A stretch of 64,000 nt of DNA, from NCBI GenBank assembly GCA_965228895.1, contig OZ245842.1, forward strand, positions 4,544,001-4,608,000, in the 5' to 3' direction. The position numbers and the translations under genes are program-made. The notes under the pieces were generated by a model. It was not told the origin of the DNA, did no database searches, and saw only the letters and a program-made list of their open reading frames with translations. Positions 50,352 to 60,142 of this stretch are shown here, piece by piece (the stretch's first letter is position 1; every line of letters starts with the position of its first letter). Origin of the DNA: Alphaproteobacteria bacterium (GTDB lineage Bacteria; Pseudomonadota; Alphaproteobacteria; SP197).

Positions 50352-52846
50352 CGGGCGTTCTCCAATTCCAGGAGTTTGGCAAAGGGCGAGGCAAGATCGG
50401 TCGCGCTCGGCTGGCGCCGTTTGCGCGGACGCCGCCCGCCGGATGCGGCCGCGATCGTCAGGCCGTTCTTGTCGTCGATGACGTGGAAGCCGAGTGCGGC
50501 CATCACCGCGGGAAACTGCTCACGCGACGACGCGGCGAGCGACATGAGCGCCGGCGTGACCGGCACCCGTCCCTTGCGCACCGCTTTGCGCGCCTGCGCC
50601 GCCAACCGCTCGACCATGTCGACACGAAGGGCGCGTGGACCCAAGCGTTGATAGCCGATGGCGCCATAGAAGTTTGCCGGCAGGCGCGGATCGGCGTCGA
50701 TCGCGACCTCGCCCTTGACCGGCACGTCGGGCACCTGACTGTCGCCCCGCTGGGCCGCCCAAAGCAGGGCGCGCAGATCGAGATGGCGTGATGACATGAA
50801 GGGTTTGAGGTAGACCGCATGAAGACCGAGCCGCACACCGAGCCGCGCCAAACCCTGACGCGCGTCGCGGTCGAGGTCAGCGATCAGCGCGGCGACATCC
50901 GGCGTCGCCACGACACCCAGGTTTTCGACCAGCTGATAAATGAGGCCGCGAGCCGGGCCCTTGAGATCGGCGCCACGGATGCGCAAGAGCGGCCGGCAGG
51001 TCTCCGCGACACGGCGGTCGAGCCAGTCGCGCAAACGCGCGGCAATGCGGTCCTTCAATGCCTTGTCCAGGAACTCGCTGCGCAGAACGTCGATGCGCGG
51101 CATCAGCACGTCATTGCCGGCTTCCAATCGCGCGACCCGGGCACCGCGCCACATGAGGTAGAGACGGGCGTCGATCTCGAAGGCCGTATCGTCATCGGCT
51201 TCGCAGGCGGCGACCCGGCGCGCGATTTCGGGACGCAGGGCGCGGCGGGCTGCGGTCCATAAGGTCCGACCATCGCCGTGGCTGGCCGCCTTGTCAGCGA
51301 CAAACCGGAAACCTTCGAGGTGGCCGACCTCCTCGCCCTCGACCGCCACCGCGCCATCGGCGGCAACGTGGGAGGCAAGCGAGCCGTCACCCTTGAGACG
51401 GCGCGCGATGGTCGCGGCGCGCCGGTCGACAAAACGCTGGGTCAGGCGATCGTGCAGCGCGTCGGAAAGACGGTCCTCGATGGCGCGGGTGCGCTCCTGC
51501 AACTCGCCGTGGTCGCCGACCCAGTCGTTGCGGTGGGCGACATAAGTCCAGGTGCGGATGTGGGCGATACGGTTCATCAGTGTATCGATGTCGCCGTCGG
51601 TGCGGTCGATCCGCTCGACGCTGCGCGCGACCCAATCGTCACCCAAGCGATGACCGGGTCCCATCAGGCTGCGGTAGATATGCGCCAGCAGGCGCACATG
51701 ATGGTCGGCCAGTACCTTGCGGAAGTCGGGGATCTGGCAGACCTCCCATAGAAGCTTCACGGCATCGCGGTTGGTCGCGAGTTCCGTGATCGCCTTGTCA
51801 TGGGCGAGCGCAGCCAGCGCCATGTGATCGTCGGCCTGACGTGCGCGAATCAAACCTGGGTTCTCAGGACGCGCCTCAAGGCTTCTGAGCAGCGCCTTGA
51901 CGGAACGCATGTCCAGGTCCGCGTTTCGCCACATGAAAGTCTTGAGATCGGGGAAGGTATGGCTCTCGATCGCCTGGACATCGACATCGGGCAGCTCCTG
52001 CACCGCGCCGGTCAGGCCGAACGTGCCGTCGTTCATGTGACGGCCGGCGCGCCCGGCGATCTGGGCGAGCTCGGCGGCCGTCAATTGACGTGGCCTGGCG
52101 CCGTCGAACTTCCGCGTCGCGGCAAAGGCGACGTGGCGTACGTCCATGTTGAGACCCATACCGATGGCGTCGGTGGCGATGATGTAGTCGACTTCGCCAT
52201 CCTGATACATGGCGACCTGGGCGTTGCGCGCGCGCGGGCTGAGCGCGCCCAGCACCACCGCGCACCCGCCGCGCTGGCGGCGCATGGTCTCGGCGAGTTC
52301 GTAGACGTCGGCGGCGGAGAACGCGACCACCGCGCTTCTGGGCGGCAGGCGCGTCAGTTTCTTGGCGCCGGCGAAGCTGAGCTTCGAGAATCGCGGCCTG
52401 ACGACGAACTCCGCGCCGGGCACCAGTTTCTTGATCAGCGGCCGCGCGGTCGCCGCGCCCATGACCATGGTCTCATCGCGGCCCCGGGCTCTCAGCAGGC
52501 GGTCGGTGAAGACATGGCCGCGTTCGGGGTCCGCGGCGAGTTGGATTTCGTCGATCGCCAGGAAACCGACCGGCATATCCAGCGGCATCGATTCGGTGGT
52601 GCAGACATAGTAACGCGCCGTTTTCGGCACGATCCGCTCCTCGCCGGTGATCAGCGCGACGCAGCCGCGACCGCGCATGGCGACAATGCGGTCATAAATC
52701 TCGCGGGCCAGAAGACGTAAGGGGAGCCCGATCATCCCGGTGCGGTGACCCAGCATACGTTCGACAGCCAAATGGGTCTTGCCCGTGTTGGTCGGGCCCA
52801 GAACTGCGGTCAAACGCGGGGGCTCAGTACGGAGCTCCATAAGCAT
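50348..52846 (-). CDS. SUV3-like SF2 helicase (MgpS-like)
   Basis: GPTNTGKT, DEIQ, ATDAIGMGLN, QIAGRAGR. Confidence 0.92.
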   Translation of the reverse strand: MLMELRTEPPRLTAVLGPTNTGKTHLAVERMLGHRTGMIGLPLRLLAREIYDRIVAMRGRGCVALITGEERIVPKTARYYVCTTESMPLDMPVGFLAIDEIQLAADPERGHVFTDRLLRARGRDETMVMGAATARPLIKKLVPGAEFVVRPRFSKLSFAGAKKLTRLPPRSAVVAFSAADVYELAETMRRQRGGCAVVLGALSPRARNAQVAMYQDGEVDYIIATDAIGMGLNMDVRHVAFAATRKFDGARPRQLTAAELAQIAGRAGRHMNDGTFGLTGAVQELPDVDVQAIESHTFPDLKTFMWRNADLDMRSVKALLRSLEARPENPGLIRARQADDHMALAALAHDKAITELATNRDAVKLLWEVCQIPDFRKVLADHHVRLLAHIYRSLMGPGHRLGDDWVARSVERIDRTDGDIDTLMNRIAHIRTWTYVAHRNDWVGDHGELQERTRAIEDRLSDALHDRLTQRFVDRRAATIARRLKGDGSLASHVAADGAVAVEGEEVGHLEGFRFVADKAASHGDGRTLWTAARRALRPEIARRVAACEADDDTAFEIDARLYLMWRGARVARLEAGNDVLMPRIDVLRSEFLDKALKDRIAARLRDWLDRRVAETCRPLLRIRGADLKGPARGLIYQLVENLGVVATPDVAALIADLDRDARQGLARLGVRLGLHAVYLKPFMSSRHLDLRALLWAAQRGDSQVPDVPVKGEVAIDADPRLPANFYGAIGYQRLGPRALRVDMVERLAAQARKAVRKGRVPVTPALMSLAASSREQFPAVMAALGFHVIDDKNGLTIAAASGGRRPRKRRQPSATDLASPFAKLLELENAR

Positions 52847-52956
52847 AGGATCGTCAGGGAACGTGTCATTTGCAAGTCAAAGCACAACAAAATGTGTGCC
52901 TTGAATCTCAACCACCAGGGATGGTGGCACTTAGAGCAGGATTGTTCCGAAACGAA

Positions 52957-53319
52957 TCAGTTTGAGACGAGATCCGGGCTCTGGCCGTGATTTCGCCGCC
53001 GCAACCAACCGGCAATGGCACCGCTGATCGCCATGGGCAGCGCCAGGACCAGAAACAGCAGCAGCGTTACCGGAAAAAGACTGGTAATCGCACCGGCAAG
53101 GACAAAGGTCATGAGGCACTGGCCCAGGGCGACGGCCAAGCCATAGGACCAAGCCCGCTGGGGCCAGCGCCAGGCAAAGACCGCCGCCATCGCCATACCG
53201 GCCGGCACCCCGGCCACGAAGAAAAAGCCCGTATCAAGCAGCTCACGACCGCCCGCGAAGGGTGCGAGAACCGCGATGATCAGGCCGCCGCAGACAACGG
53301 CTAGGGAGAAAGGTGACAT
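52957..53319 (-). CDS. Hypothetical 4-TM membrane protein
   Basis: Hydrophobic ORF filling the intergenic space. Confidence 0.55.
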   Translation of the reverse strand: MSPFSLAVVCGGLIIAVLAPFAGGRELLDTGFFFVAGVPAGMAMAAVFAWRWPQRAWSYGLAVALGQCLMTFVLAGAITSLFPVTLLLFLVLALPMAISGAIAGWLRRRNHGQSPDLVSN

Positions 53320-53435
53320 GGGCGCAAGTTTACGGAAATCAGGCGCAGGAATCGGTGATTTCCATCACGCCAAGGGCCGTCATAGCGCCAAGATGGCCCT
53401 TGGCGGGCGCTGCGCCCTGGCCTAAAGACGGGATC

Positions 53436-53921
53436 ATGACAGCCGCCAAACGCGATCCGGTGACCGGCCTGATGCTGCTCGCAGCCTTGATTCTCCTTGG
53501 ATTCGGGCTCTTCATGCCGGCCGTGACGGTCGAAAAGTTCTATATCTTCGACAACACCAAATCGATCGCCGGCAGCATCGAGGCGCTGTTCTTGGAGGGC
53601 CATGTGCTGCTCGGCATCATCGTCGCGGCCTTTTCCCTGGTTTTTCCGCTGGTTAAGCTTGTCCTGTCGTTCCGCATTTGGACAGCATCGAATCCGGCGT
53701 CACCGGGCGTCCAGCGCGCCATCCGCTGGACCGTCATGCTCGGAAAGTGGTCGATGCTGGACGTTTTCATGGCCGCCCTGGTCGTCGCTATCCTGACGTT
53801 GGGCATGGTGGCCAGCGTCGAGGTTCATGTCGGCCTTTACCTCTTCGGCGGCGCCATCGTCTTGGCCATGCTGGGTTCCCATCGTCTCGAGGCGAGCCTG
53901 GCGCAAAAGGACGGCGCGTAG
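53436..53921 (+). CDS. Paraquat-inducible protein A (PqiA) domain protein
   Basis: FSLVFPLVKL; GKWSMLDVF. Confidence 0.85.
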   Translation: MTAAKRDPVTGLMLLAALILLGFGLFMPAVTVEKFYIFDNTKSIAGSIEALFLEGHVLLGIIVAAFSLVFPLVKLVLSFRIWTASNPASPGVQRAIRWTVMLGKWSMLDVFMAALVVAILTLGMVASVEVHVGLYLFGGAIVLAMLGSHRLEASLAQKDGA

Positions 53922-53966
53922 TGCGGTGCCAGCGACACATATAGCGAGGCGCTAGCCGAGCGCCCG

Positions 53967-53994
53967 CTTGACGCAGACGGCAAGTTTCCTACAT
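53967..53994 (+). promoter_or_regulatory. RpoH (sigma32)-type promoter of htpG
   Basis: CTTG-N17-CCTACAT resembles the alphaproteobacterial RpoH consensus. Confidence 0.65.
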
Positions 53995-54032
53995 AGCGCT
54001 CAGCATCCTCACCCTCTTTAAGGAGATCCGGC

Positions 54033-55940
54033 ATGGCCGATAGTGAAGCGGCCGAGCGCCACGATTTTCAGGCCGAAGTCGCCCGTGTCCTCGATATCGT
54101 CGTCAACTCGCTCTATTCGAAACGTGAGATCTTTCTGCGCGAACTGATCTCCAACGCGTCGGACGCCTGCGACAAGCTGCGCTACGAAGCCCAGTTGGAT
54201 AGCGCGCTGCTCAAGGACGATCCGGACCTCACGATCACCATCGCAACCGACGCCAAGGCCAAGCGGCTGACGATCACCGATAACGGCATCGGCATGTCGC
54301 GCCAGGAGTTGATCGACAATCTCGGCACCATCGCCGGCTCCGGCACCGCCAAGTTCGCGGCCACACTGGCAGAGGCCGAAAAGGACAAGGCCAAGAAGGA
54401 GAAGTCGGACGTCAACCTGATCGGCCAGTTCGGCGTCGGCTTCTATGCCGCCTTCATGGTCGCCGACAAGGTCGTCGTCACGAGCCGCCACGCAGGCGCC
54501 GACGAAGCCTGGACGTGGACCTCCGACGGCCACGGCAGTTTTGAGATCGAGGCTGCGCCGGCCGAGACGCCGCGCGGCACGACGATCGAACTGCATCTGA
54601 AGAAAGACGCCAAGGAGTTCGCCGACTCAAGCCGCGTGCGCCATATCGTCACCACCTATTCCGACCATATCGGCCTGCCGGTCTGGCTCCACGACGGCGA
54701 CAAGTCCGAGCAGATCAACGAGGCGGCGGCGCTCTGGACACGGCCCAAGAAGGACATCACCGACGATCAGTACAAAGAGTTCTACCGCCATGTCGGTCAT
54801 GCCTTCGACGAACCGTGGCTGACGCTGCACAACCGGATCGAAGGTGTCGTCGCCTATACCAACCTGCTCTTTGTTCCTGAGCGACCGCCGTTCGATCTGT
54901 TCGACCCGGCCCGGCGTCACGGCGTCAAACTCTATGTCCACAAGGTCTTCATCACCGACGAGTGCGAAGGTCTGGTGCCGCCTTGGCTGCGCTTCCTGAA
55001 AGGCGTGGTTGATTCGGAAGACCTGCCGCTCAATGTCAGCCGCGAGATGCTGCAGGCCAGCCCGGTGGTCGCCAAGATCAGCAAGGGCCTGGTCAAACGC
55101 GTCCTCGGCGAACTGCAGAAGAAGGCCGACAAGGCGCCCGATGACTACACGGCGTTCTGGGAAGCCTTCGGCCAGGTCCTCAAGGAAGGCGTCTACGAAG
55201 ACCCCGACCAGCGCGACGCGCTCTTGAAGCTCGCCCGCTTCCGTTCGACCGCCGTCGATGGCTGGTCCAGCCTGGACGACTATGTCGGGCGCATGAAGGA
55301 AGGCCAGACGCAGATCTTCACCATCACCGGCGACGACCCGGCTTCGCTCAAGGCGAGCCCGCAGATCGAGGCGTTCCGCGCGCGCGATATCGAGGTGCTG
55401 CTTTTGACCGACCCGGTCGACGAGTTCTGGCCGATGTCGGCGACCGATTTCGACGGTAAGCCGTTCACTAGCGCGACCCGCGGCGACATCGATCTCGACG
55501 CGATCGCCGGCACCAAGACCGACGAGAGCGAAGACGACAAGAAAGACGAGACGCCGTCCGGCGATCTCGGTGCCTTGATCGCCATGGTCAAGCTGGCGCT
55601 GGGCGACAAGGTGAAGGACGTGCGCGAATCCAAGCGGCTCACCGACAGCGCCTGTTGTCTGGTCGCCGACGAGGGCGATCTCGACATGCGCCTGCAGAAA
55701 ATGCTGCAGGCGGCCGGCCAGGCGCCGGGCGATGCCGCGCGTATCCTGGAGATCAATGCCAAGCACCGGCTGATCCGCGCCATGGCGGAGAAGGCGCGCC
55801 AGGACGGCAGCGCGAAAGACGTCGAGGAAATGGCGTTCCTGCTGCTCGACCAGGCCCGCATCATCGAGGGCGAACCACCGCTCGACGGCGCCGCCTTCGC
55901 CAAACGCATGGCCGACACCATGGCGCGGGCGTTGGCATAG
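54033..55940 (+). CDS. htpG: Molecular chaperone HtpG (Hsp90)
   Basis: LYSKREIFLRELISNASDA; DNGIGM; IGQFGVGFY; DLPLNVSRE. Confidence 0.98.
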   Translation: MADSEAAERHDFQAEVARVLDIVVNSLYSKREIFLRELISNASDACDKLRYEAQLDSALLKDDPDLTITIATDAKAKRLTITDNGIGMSRQELIDNLGTIAGSGTAKFAATLAEAEKDKAKKEKSDVNLIGQFGVGFYAAFMVADKVVVTSRHAGADEAWTWTSDGHGSFEIEAAPAETPRGTTIELHLKKDAKEFADSSRVRHIVTTYSDHIGLPVWLHDGDKSEQINEAAALWTRPKKDITDDQYKEFYRHVGHAFDEPWLTLHNRIEGVVAYTNLLFVPERPPFDLFDPARRHGVKLYVHKVFITDECEGLVPPWLRFLKGVVDSEDLPLNVSREMLQASPVVAKISKGLVKRVLGELQKKADKAPDDYTAFWEAFGQVLKEGVYEDPDQRDALLKLARFRSTAVDGWSSLDDYVGRMKEGQTQIFTITGDDPASLKASPQIEAFRARDIEVLLLTDPVDEFWPMSATDFDGKPFTSATRGDIDLDAIAGTKTDESEDDKKDETPSGDLGALIAMVKLALGDKVKDVRESKRLTDSACCLVADEGDLDMRLQKMLQAAGQAPGDAARILEINAKHRLIRAMAEKARQDGSAKDVEEMAFLLLDQARIIEGEPPLDGAAFAKRMADTMARALA

Positions 55941-56118
55941 GCTGAGTCGTTGTTACCGGGAAACGTGCCGATTTAGGACATAACGCTCGCCGAAATGGCA
56001 ATTTTCCACAGGTTTTCCGGGTTTTTTGCCTATTTTGCTTCAGGAACGGCGCAGTTTGGCCGTACTTCTGCCCTTGCATGGGGTTGCATCCATGAACCGC
56101 AGGAGGGGAATTGAAGCA

Positions 56119-56292
56119 ATGAGCAGATTCGAAGAGATTCGAGACATGGTGTTGAGCCTGGAGTCCGATTTCGAGGCGTTCTACGAAAAAGGCAACAAGG
56201 CCGCCGGCGTGCGCGTGCGCAAGGGCATGCAGGATCTGAAAGCGCTGGCGCAGGACATCCGCGTCGACGTCCAGACCAGAAAGAACGCCTAG
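56119..56292 (+). CDS. Histone H1-like Hc1-family small protein
   Basis: DFEAFYEKGNKAAGVRVRKGMQDLK signature; AGGAGG upstream. Confidence 0.85.
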   Translation: MSRFEEIRDMVLSLESDFEAFYEKGNKAAGVRVRKGMQDLKALAQDIRVDVQTRKNA

Positions 56293-56422
56293 GCGCAACA
56301 AGACACCCGTCGTCTCGATCCAGAGTGAGGGCCGCTTCCCGCGGCCTGAGCGTTATCTGCTCGACGTCGGCTGACGTTACCCTAGACTCGAACGTCCCGT
56401 TCATGGCTGCCCGAAAGCATTG

Positions 56423-58141
56423 ATGGGACGCACCCACCTTGCCGCCGGCTTGGTTGTCGCCGCGCTGGTCGCCCTGTCTGTTCCGAGCTTGGCCGAGGTC
56501 GAGCGTCCGGGTGCAATTCGCGATCGCCTGACCGTCGACGAACTGTCGTCAGACATGTCGAGCGTGATAGGCCCGATCCATAACGACTACTTCATGCCGT
56601 TCGCTGACGCGCAGCCCGCGCTGCATGACTTCTCCGGCGTCGTCGGCTTTGTCGGATCGGACTTCCTGGCTGGCGACGGCGCCTTCCCGAGCTTCTGGGC
56701 AGAGTTCATCACCACCGACGGTTATCTGGTGCCCGTCGTTCGCGACATCATTCTGACCGCGTCCGGCGATTGGGACATCATCCTGTCGCCCGGCCGGGTC
56801 TGGTCGGAACCTGGCGACGGCGGCTGGTCGCGTGCGTCGTTTCCGTTCACCCTGGTCGGGCGCACATGGAATGTCAGCCGCAACGGACTTGCGACCTTTC
56901 TCTATAACGACACCGAGATTTCCGATCTCACACTGCAGATCGTCCAGGAATCCGCTCACTGGTCGCGTTTCGATGCGTGGGCCCATCTGGATTTGATCTA
57001 CCGTCCCGGCCCTGTCGCGAACGCCGACCAAGTCGCCGCCGCGTTTGCCGCGGAACTATCCGATCGCCTGCCCACCGCACCGCTTCAGGCGCTCGACGCG
57101 CCGGACGATCTGATTGCCGGCATGGAACGCGATCGCGAATACCTGACGGCGACGGCCCTTCTCAGCGACGGCGTGCTTTATCATGGACCCTGTCATACCC
57201 GCTTTGGCGACTACCCGTATTGCGACGACATGCGTCATGGCGTGTTTTCCGTCACCAAGTCGGCGGCGGCGGCACTCAGCCTGCTTTGGCTCGCCGAGCG
57301 CTACGGACCGTCCGTCCTTGATCTCGAAATCGCCGACTACGTCGATGTTACCGCCGACCATAACGGCTGGACGGGCGTGACCTTTCGCGATGCCATCAAC
57401 ATGACGACCGGCGCCGGATCGCTTAAGCCTGATCCGACCGTCGAACATTATGCGGAGTCCGACGCGTCGCTGGCGGCGTTCGGCAACGCGCCGGATGCAC
57501 GCGCCAAGCTGGATGTTGTCTTCGCCGAAGGCGACTACGCGTGGGGACCGGGCGAACGGGTGCGCTACAACAGCATGCACGCCTTCGTGCTGGCAGCCGC
57601 CATGGATGCCTACCTTAAGAGCGTCGAGGGCCCCGACGCCCATCTGTGGCAACGGGTCAGCGATGAGGTGCTTGCACCCATCGGCGTTCACCACGCGCCC
57701 CTGATGCACAGCCGGGAAGCCGACGGTTCGCGCGGCATCCCGATCATGGGATGGGGTTTCTTTCCAACCCTCGACGACCTCGCCAAGATCGGCCAACTGA
57801 TCCAGGATCGTGGCGTCTTCGAGGGCCGGCAGTTGCTTCATCGCGATACCATCGACGCCCTGCTCGATGAAGGCGGCGAACACGGCCTGCCGGTTGCCTT
57901 GTCGTCAGAGGCCGGTCCCTACCGCTACGGTTTTTCGTTCTGGTATGGCCCGCATCGCGGCAAGGACGGCTGCCTGGTTCACATCCCCGAAATGCACGGC
58001 TTCAGCGACAACCTCGTGATGCTGATGCCCAACGGCATGACCGCCATCCGGTTCGCCGATGTCGACGCGCGCGCGCGCGACAAATGGGACGGCGCCGCCA
58101 TGGTCGCATTGGCGGACAATCTGCGTTCAATCTGTCCCTAG
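56423..58141 (+). CDS. Secreted serine hydrolase (beta-lactamase class C-like) with N-terminal extension
   Basis: Signal peptide; FSVTKS (SxxK); RYNS; DLAKIGQL. Confidence 0.82.
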   Translation: MGRTHLAAGLVVAALVALSVPSLAEVERPGAIRDRLTVDELSSDMSSVIGPIHNDYFMPFADAQPALHDFSGVVGFVGSDFLAGDGAFPSFWAEFITTDGYLVPVVRDIILTASGDWDIILSPGRVWSEPGDGGWSRASFPFTLVGRTWNVSRNGLATFLYNDTEISDLTLQIVQESAHWSRFDAWAHLDLIYRPGPVANADQVAAAFAAELSDRLPTAPLQALDAPDDLIAGMERDREYLTATALLSDGVLYHGPCHTRFGDYPYCDDMRHGVFSVTKSAAAALSLLWLAERYGPSVLDLEIADYVDVTADHNGWTGVTFRDAINMTTGAGSLKPDPTVEHYAESDASLAAFGNAPDARAKLDVVFAEGDYAWGPGERVRYNSMHAFVLAAAMDAYLKSVEGPDAHLWQRVSDEVLAPIGVHHAPLMHSREADGSRGIPIMGWGFFPTLDDLAKIGQLIQDRGVFEGRQLLHRDTIDALLDEGGEHGLPVALSSEAGPYRYGFSFWYGPHRGKDGCLVHIPEMHGFSDNLVMLMPNGMTAIRFADVDARARDKWDGAAMVALADNLRSICP

Positions 58142-58171
58142 CTCGTGCACTGGCGCCACGCCGAAACCATG

Positions 58172-58311
58172 CTAGAGCGGGTCGTGGTTAGGTGGAACCG
58201 ATGAACGGTTCCACCTAACCACGTGAATCCGCTCTTTATCCATGGTTAGAGCAGATTCACCCGGTTTGATGGCTTCGCAGGGCGATTCCATCAAACCGGG
58301 ATCTGCTCTAG
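58172..58311. repeat. MITE/CIR-like palindromic element
   Basis: CTAGAGC...GCTCTAG ends; internal 18-bp and 13-bp perfect hairpins. Confidence 0.8.
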
Positions 58312-58321
58312 CGTCGCCGCC

Positions 58322-59200
58322 ATGGCGACGCTCGACATCAAACCCATGGCCGCGACGTTCGGCGCAGCAATTCATGGTCTCGACGTGCGCGACCTCGACG
58401 ACGAAAGCGAGGTGGCCGTCAAGCAGGCGATGGATGAAAACCGTGTGCTCGTGTTTCGCGATCAGACTCTCACACCAGACGATCAGAAGCGTTTCTCAGC
58501 GCGGTTTGGACCGCTGATCCAGGTCCCCTACGTCAGGCCGCTGGCTGATCACCCGGAGGTCATCGCGGTCTTGAAGGAGGCCGACGAGGTCAACGTCTCG
58601 ACCTTCGGCAGCTGGTGGCATTCGGACTTCAGCTATCTCGAGGAACCGCCGACCTATTCGATCCTGCACGCGTTAGAGCTGCCGCCCGCTGGCGGCGATA
58701 CCCTGTTCGCCGACATGATCGCAGCCTACGAGGCCCTGTCGGACGGTATGAAGCACATGCTTGATCCGCTCAACGTCATGCATAGTGGTCACATCTATGG
58801 CGCCAAACTGGCCGACACCGGGACGCAAGGCCGCATGCGCAGCGTGGAAGTGGCCACCGGTAATCCAGAGGCCGATGTCGAACGCGCCCATCCGCTGGTG
58901 CGCCTGCACAAACCGACCGGCCGCCGCGCGCTCAATTGCAGTCCGACCTATACGACCGCGCTTGCCGGCATGACCGTAGACGAGAGCAAGGGACTGCTCG
59001 ACTTCCTCTATGCCCACGCAACACAGCCGCGCTTCACCCTGCGGCAGGTCTGGCAGCCGGGCGACCTGCTGATGTGGGACAACCGCGCCGTCCTGCATCT
59101 GGCGGTCAACGACTACGACGGATACCGCCGCCTCCTGCACCGCACGACGGCTGGATCCGAGATCCCGGTCGCCGACCATATCGAACGAGGCCAGGCATGA
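58322..59200 (+). CDS. TauD/TfdA family Fe(II)/2-oxoglutarate dioxygenase
   Basis: WHSDFSY, GGDTLFAD, WDNRAVLH, RLLHR. Confidence 0.92.
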   Translation: MATLDIKPMAATFGAAIHGLDVRDLDDESEVAVKQAMDENRVLVFRDQTLTPDDQKRFSARFGPLIQVPYVRPLADHPEVIAVLKEADEVNVSTFGSWWHSDFSYLEEPPTYSILHALELPPAGGDTLFADMIAAYEALSDGMKHMLDPLNVMHSGHIYGAKLADTGTQGRMRSVEVATGNPEADVERAHPLVRLHKPTGRRALNCSPTYTTALAGMTVDESKGLLDFLYAHATQPRFTLRQVWQPGDLLMWDNRAVLHLAVNDYDGYRRLLHRTTAGSEIPVADHIERGQA

Positions 59201-60141
59201 GCACACGGCACCTTCTCGACCCCGAGCTGTTGGCGCTGGTCGACAGTTTTCCCGACCTTTCGTTCAGCCCGGACAAGCTGCTGGAAACACGCGCTCTGCT
59301 GAATGAGGCGATGGCGAAACAGGCCCCGCTGCCCGATGGCGTCATGCGCGAAGAACGGTGGATCCCGGGCCTGGACGGCGCGCCCGACGTTCGATGTCTG
59401 ATCTACCGCCACGACGCGACGGCGGACGGCGCGCCCGCCTACCTGCATATGCACGGCGGCGGTTATGTCTCCGGCTCACCGGACGGTGTCGAACCGCGCA
59501 ACGCGCGGATCGCCGCAGAGTGCGGTTGCCTTGTCGTCTCGATCGACTATCGGTTGGCGCCCGAACACCCGTTCCCCGCGGCGCGTGATGATGCCTATGC
59601 GGTGCTGGCCTGGCTGAACCAAGACGCCGCCGCGCTCCGCATTGATCCCGCGCGCATCGGTGTCGGTGGCGAAAGCGCGGGCGGCGGATTGGCGGCCTGC
59701 CTTGCCCTGACAGCGCGCGACCGTGGCGACTATCCGATCGCCCTGCAGGTCCTGGTCAATGCCATGCTCGACGAGAGAAGCGGCGGGCCGGAATCTCCCG
59801 GCGATCCGCTTCTTGGCGAGTTCGTCTGGCGCCGCCGGGATAATCAGGACGCCTGGTCAGCCTATCTGGGCGGCGCGCCCGCCACAGCACCGGCCGTACC
59901 GGCGCGCGCCGACGACTTGGCCGGGCTGCCACCAACCTGGGTTTCGACCGCCGCGCTGGATCTTTTCCTCGACGAGGACATCGCCTACGCGCGGCGTTTG
60001 CTTGCCGCCGGCGTGACGACCGAACTGCGTGTCTATCCCGCCGCCTGCCACAGCTATTCGCTGGCCCGCGAATCCGCCGTCGCCAGGCGTTTCGAAAACG
60101 ACTACCTGGATGCGATCAGACGCGGGCTCTGCACGGTCTGA
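59197..60141 (+). CDS. Alpha/beta hydrolase, HSL-family esterase
   Basis: HGGG, DYRLAPEHPFP, GESAGG. Confidence 0.92.
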   Translation: MSTRHLLDPELLALVDSFPDLSFSPDKLLETRALLNEAMAKQAPLPDGVMREERWIPGLDGAPDVRCLIYRHDATADGAPAYLHMHGGGYVSGSPDGVEPRNARIAAECGCLVVSIDYRLAPEHPFPAARDDAYAVLAWLNQDAAALRIDPARIGVGGESAGGGLAACLALTARDRGDYPIALQVLVNAMLDERSGGPESPGDPLLGEFVWRRRDNQDAWSAYLGGAPATAPAVPARADDLAGLPPTWVSTAALDLFLDEDIAYARRLLAAGVTTELRVYPAACHSYSLARESAVARRFENDYLDAIRRGLCTV

Positions 60142-60142
60142 G

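Noticed and set aside
56056-56071. Sigma54 promoter upstream of the Hc1-like gene
   Set aside because: Only the GG-N10-GC spacing matches (TGGCCG...CTGC), which is too weak in GC-rich DNA
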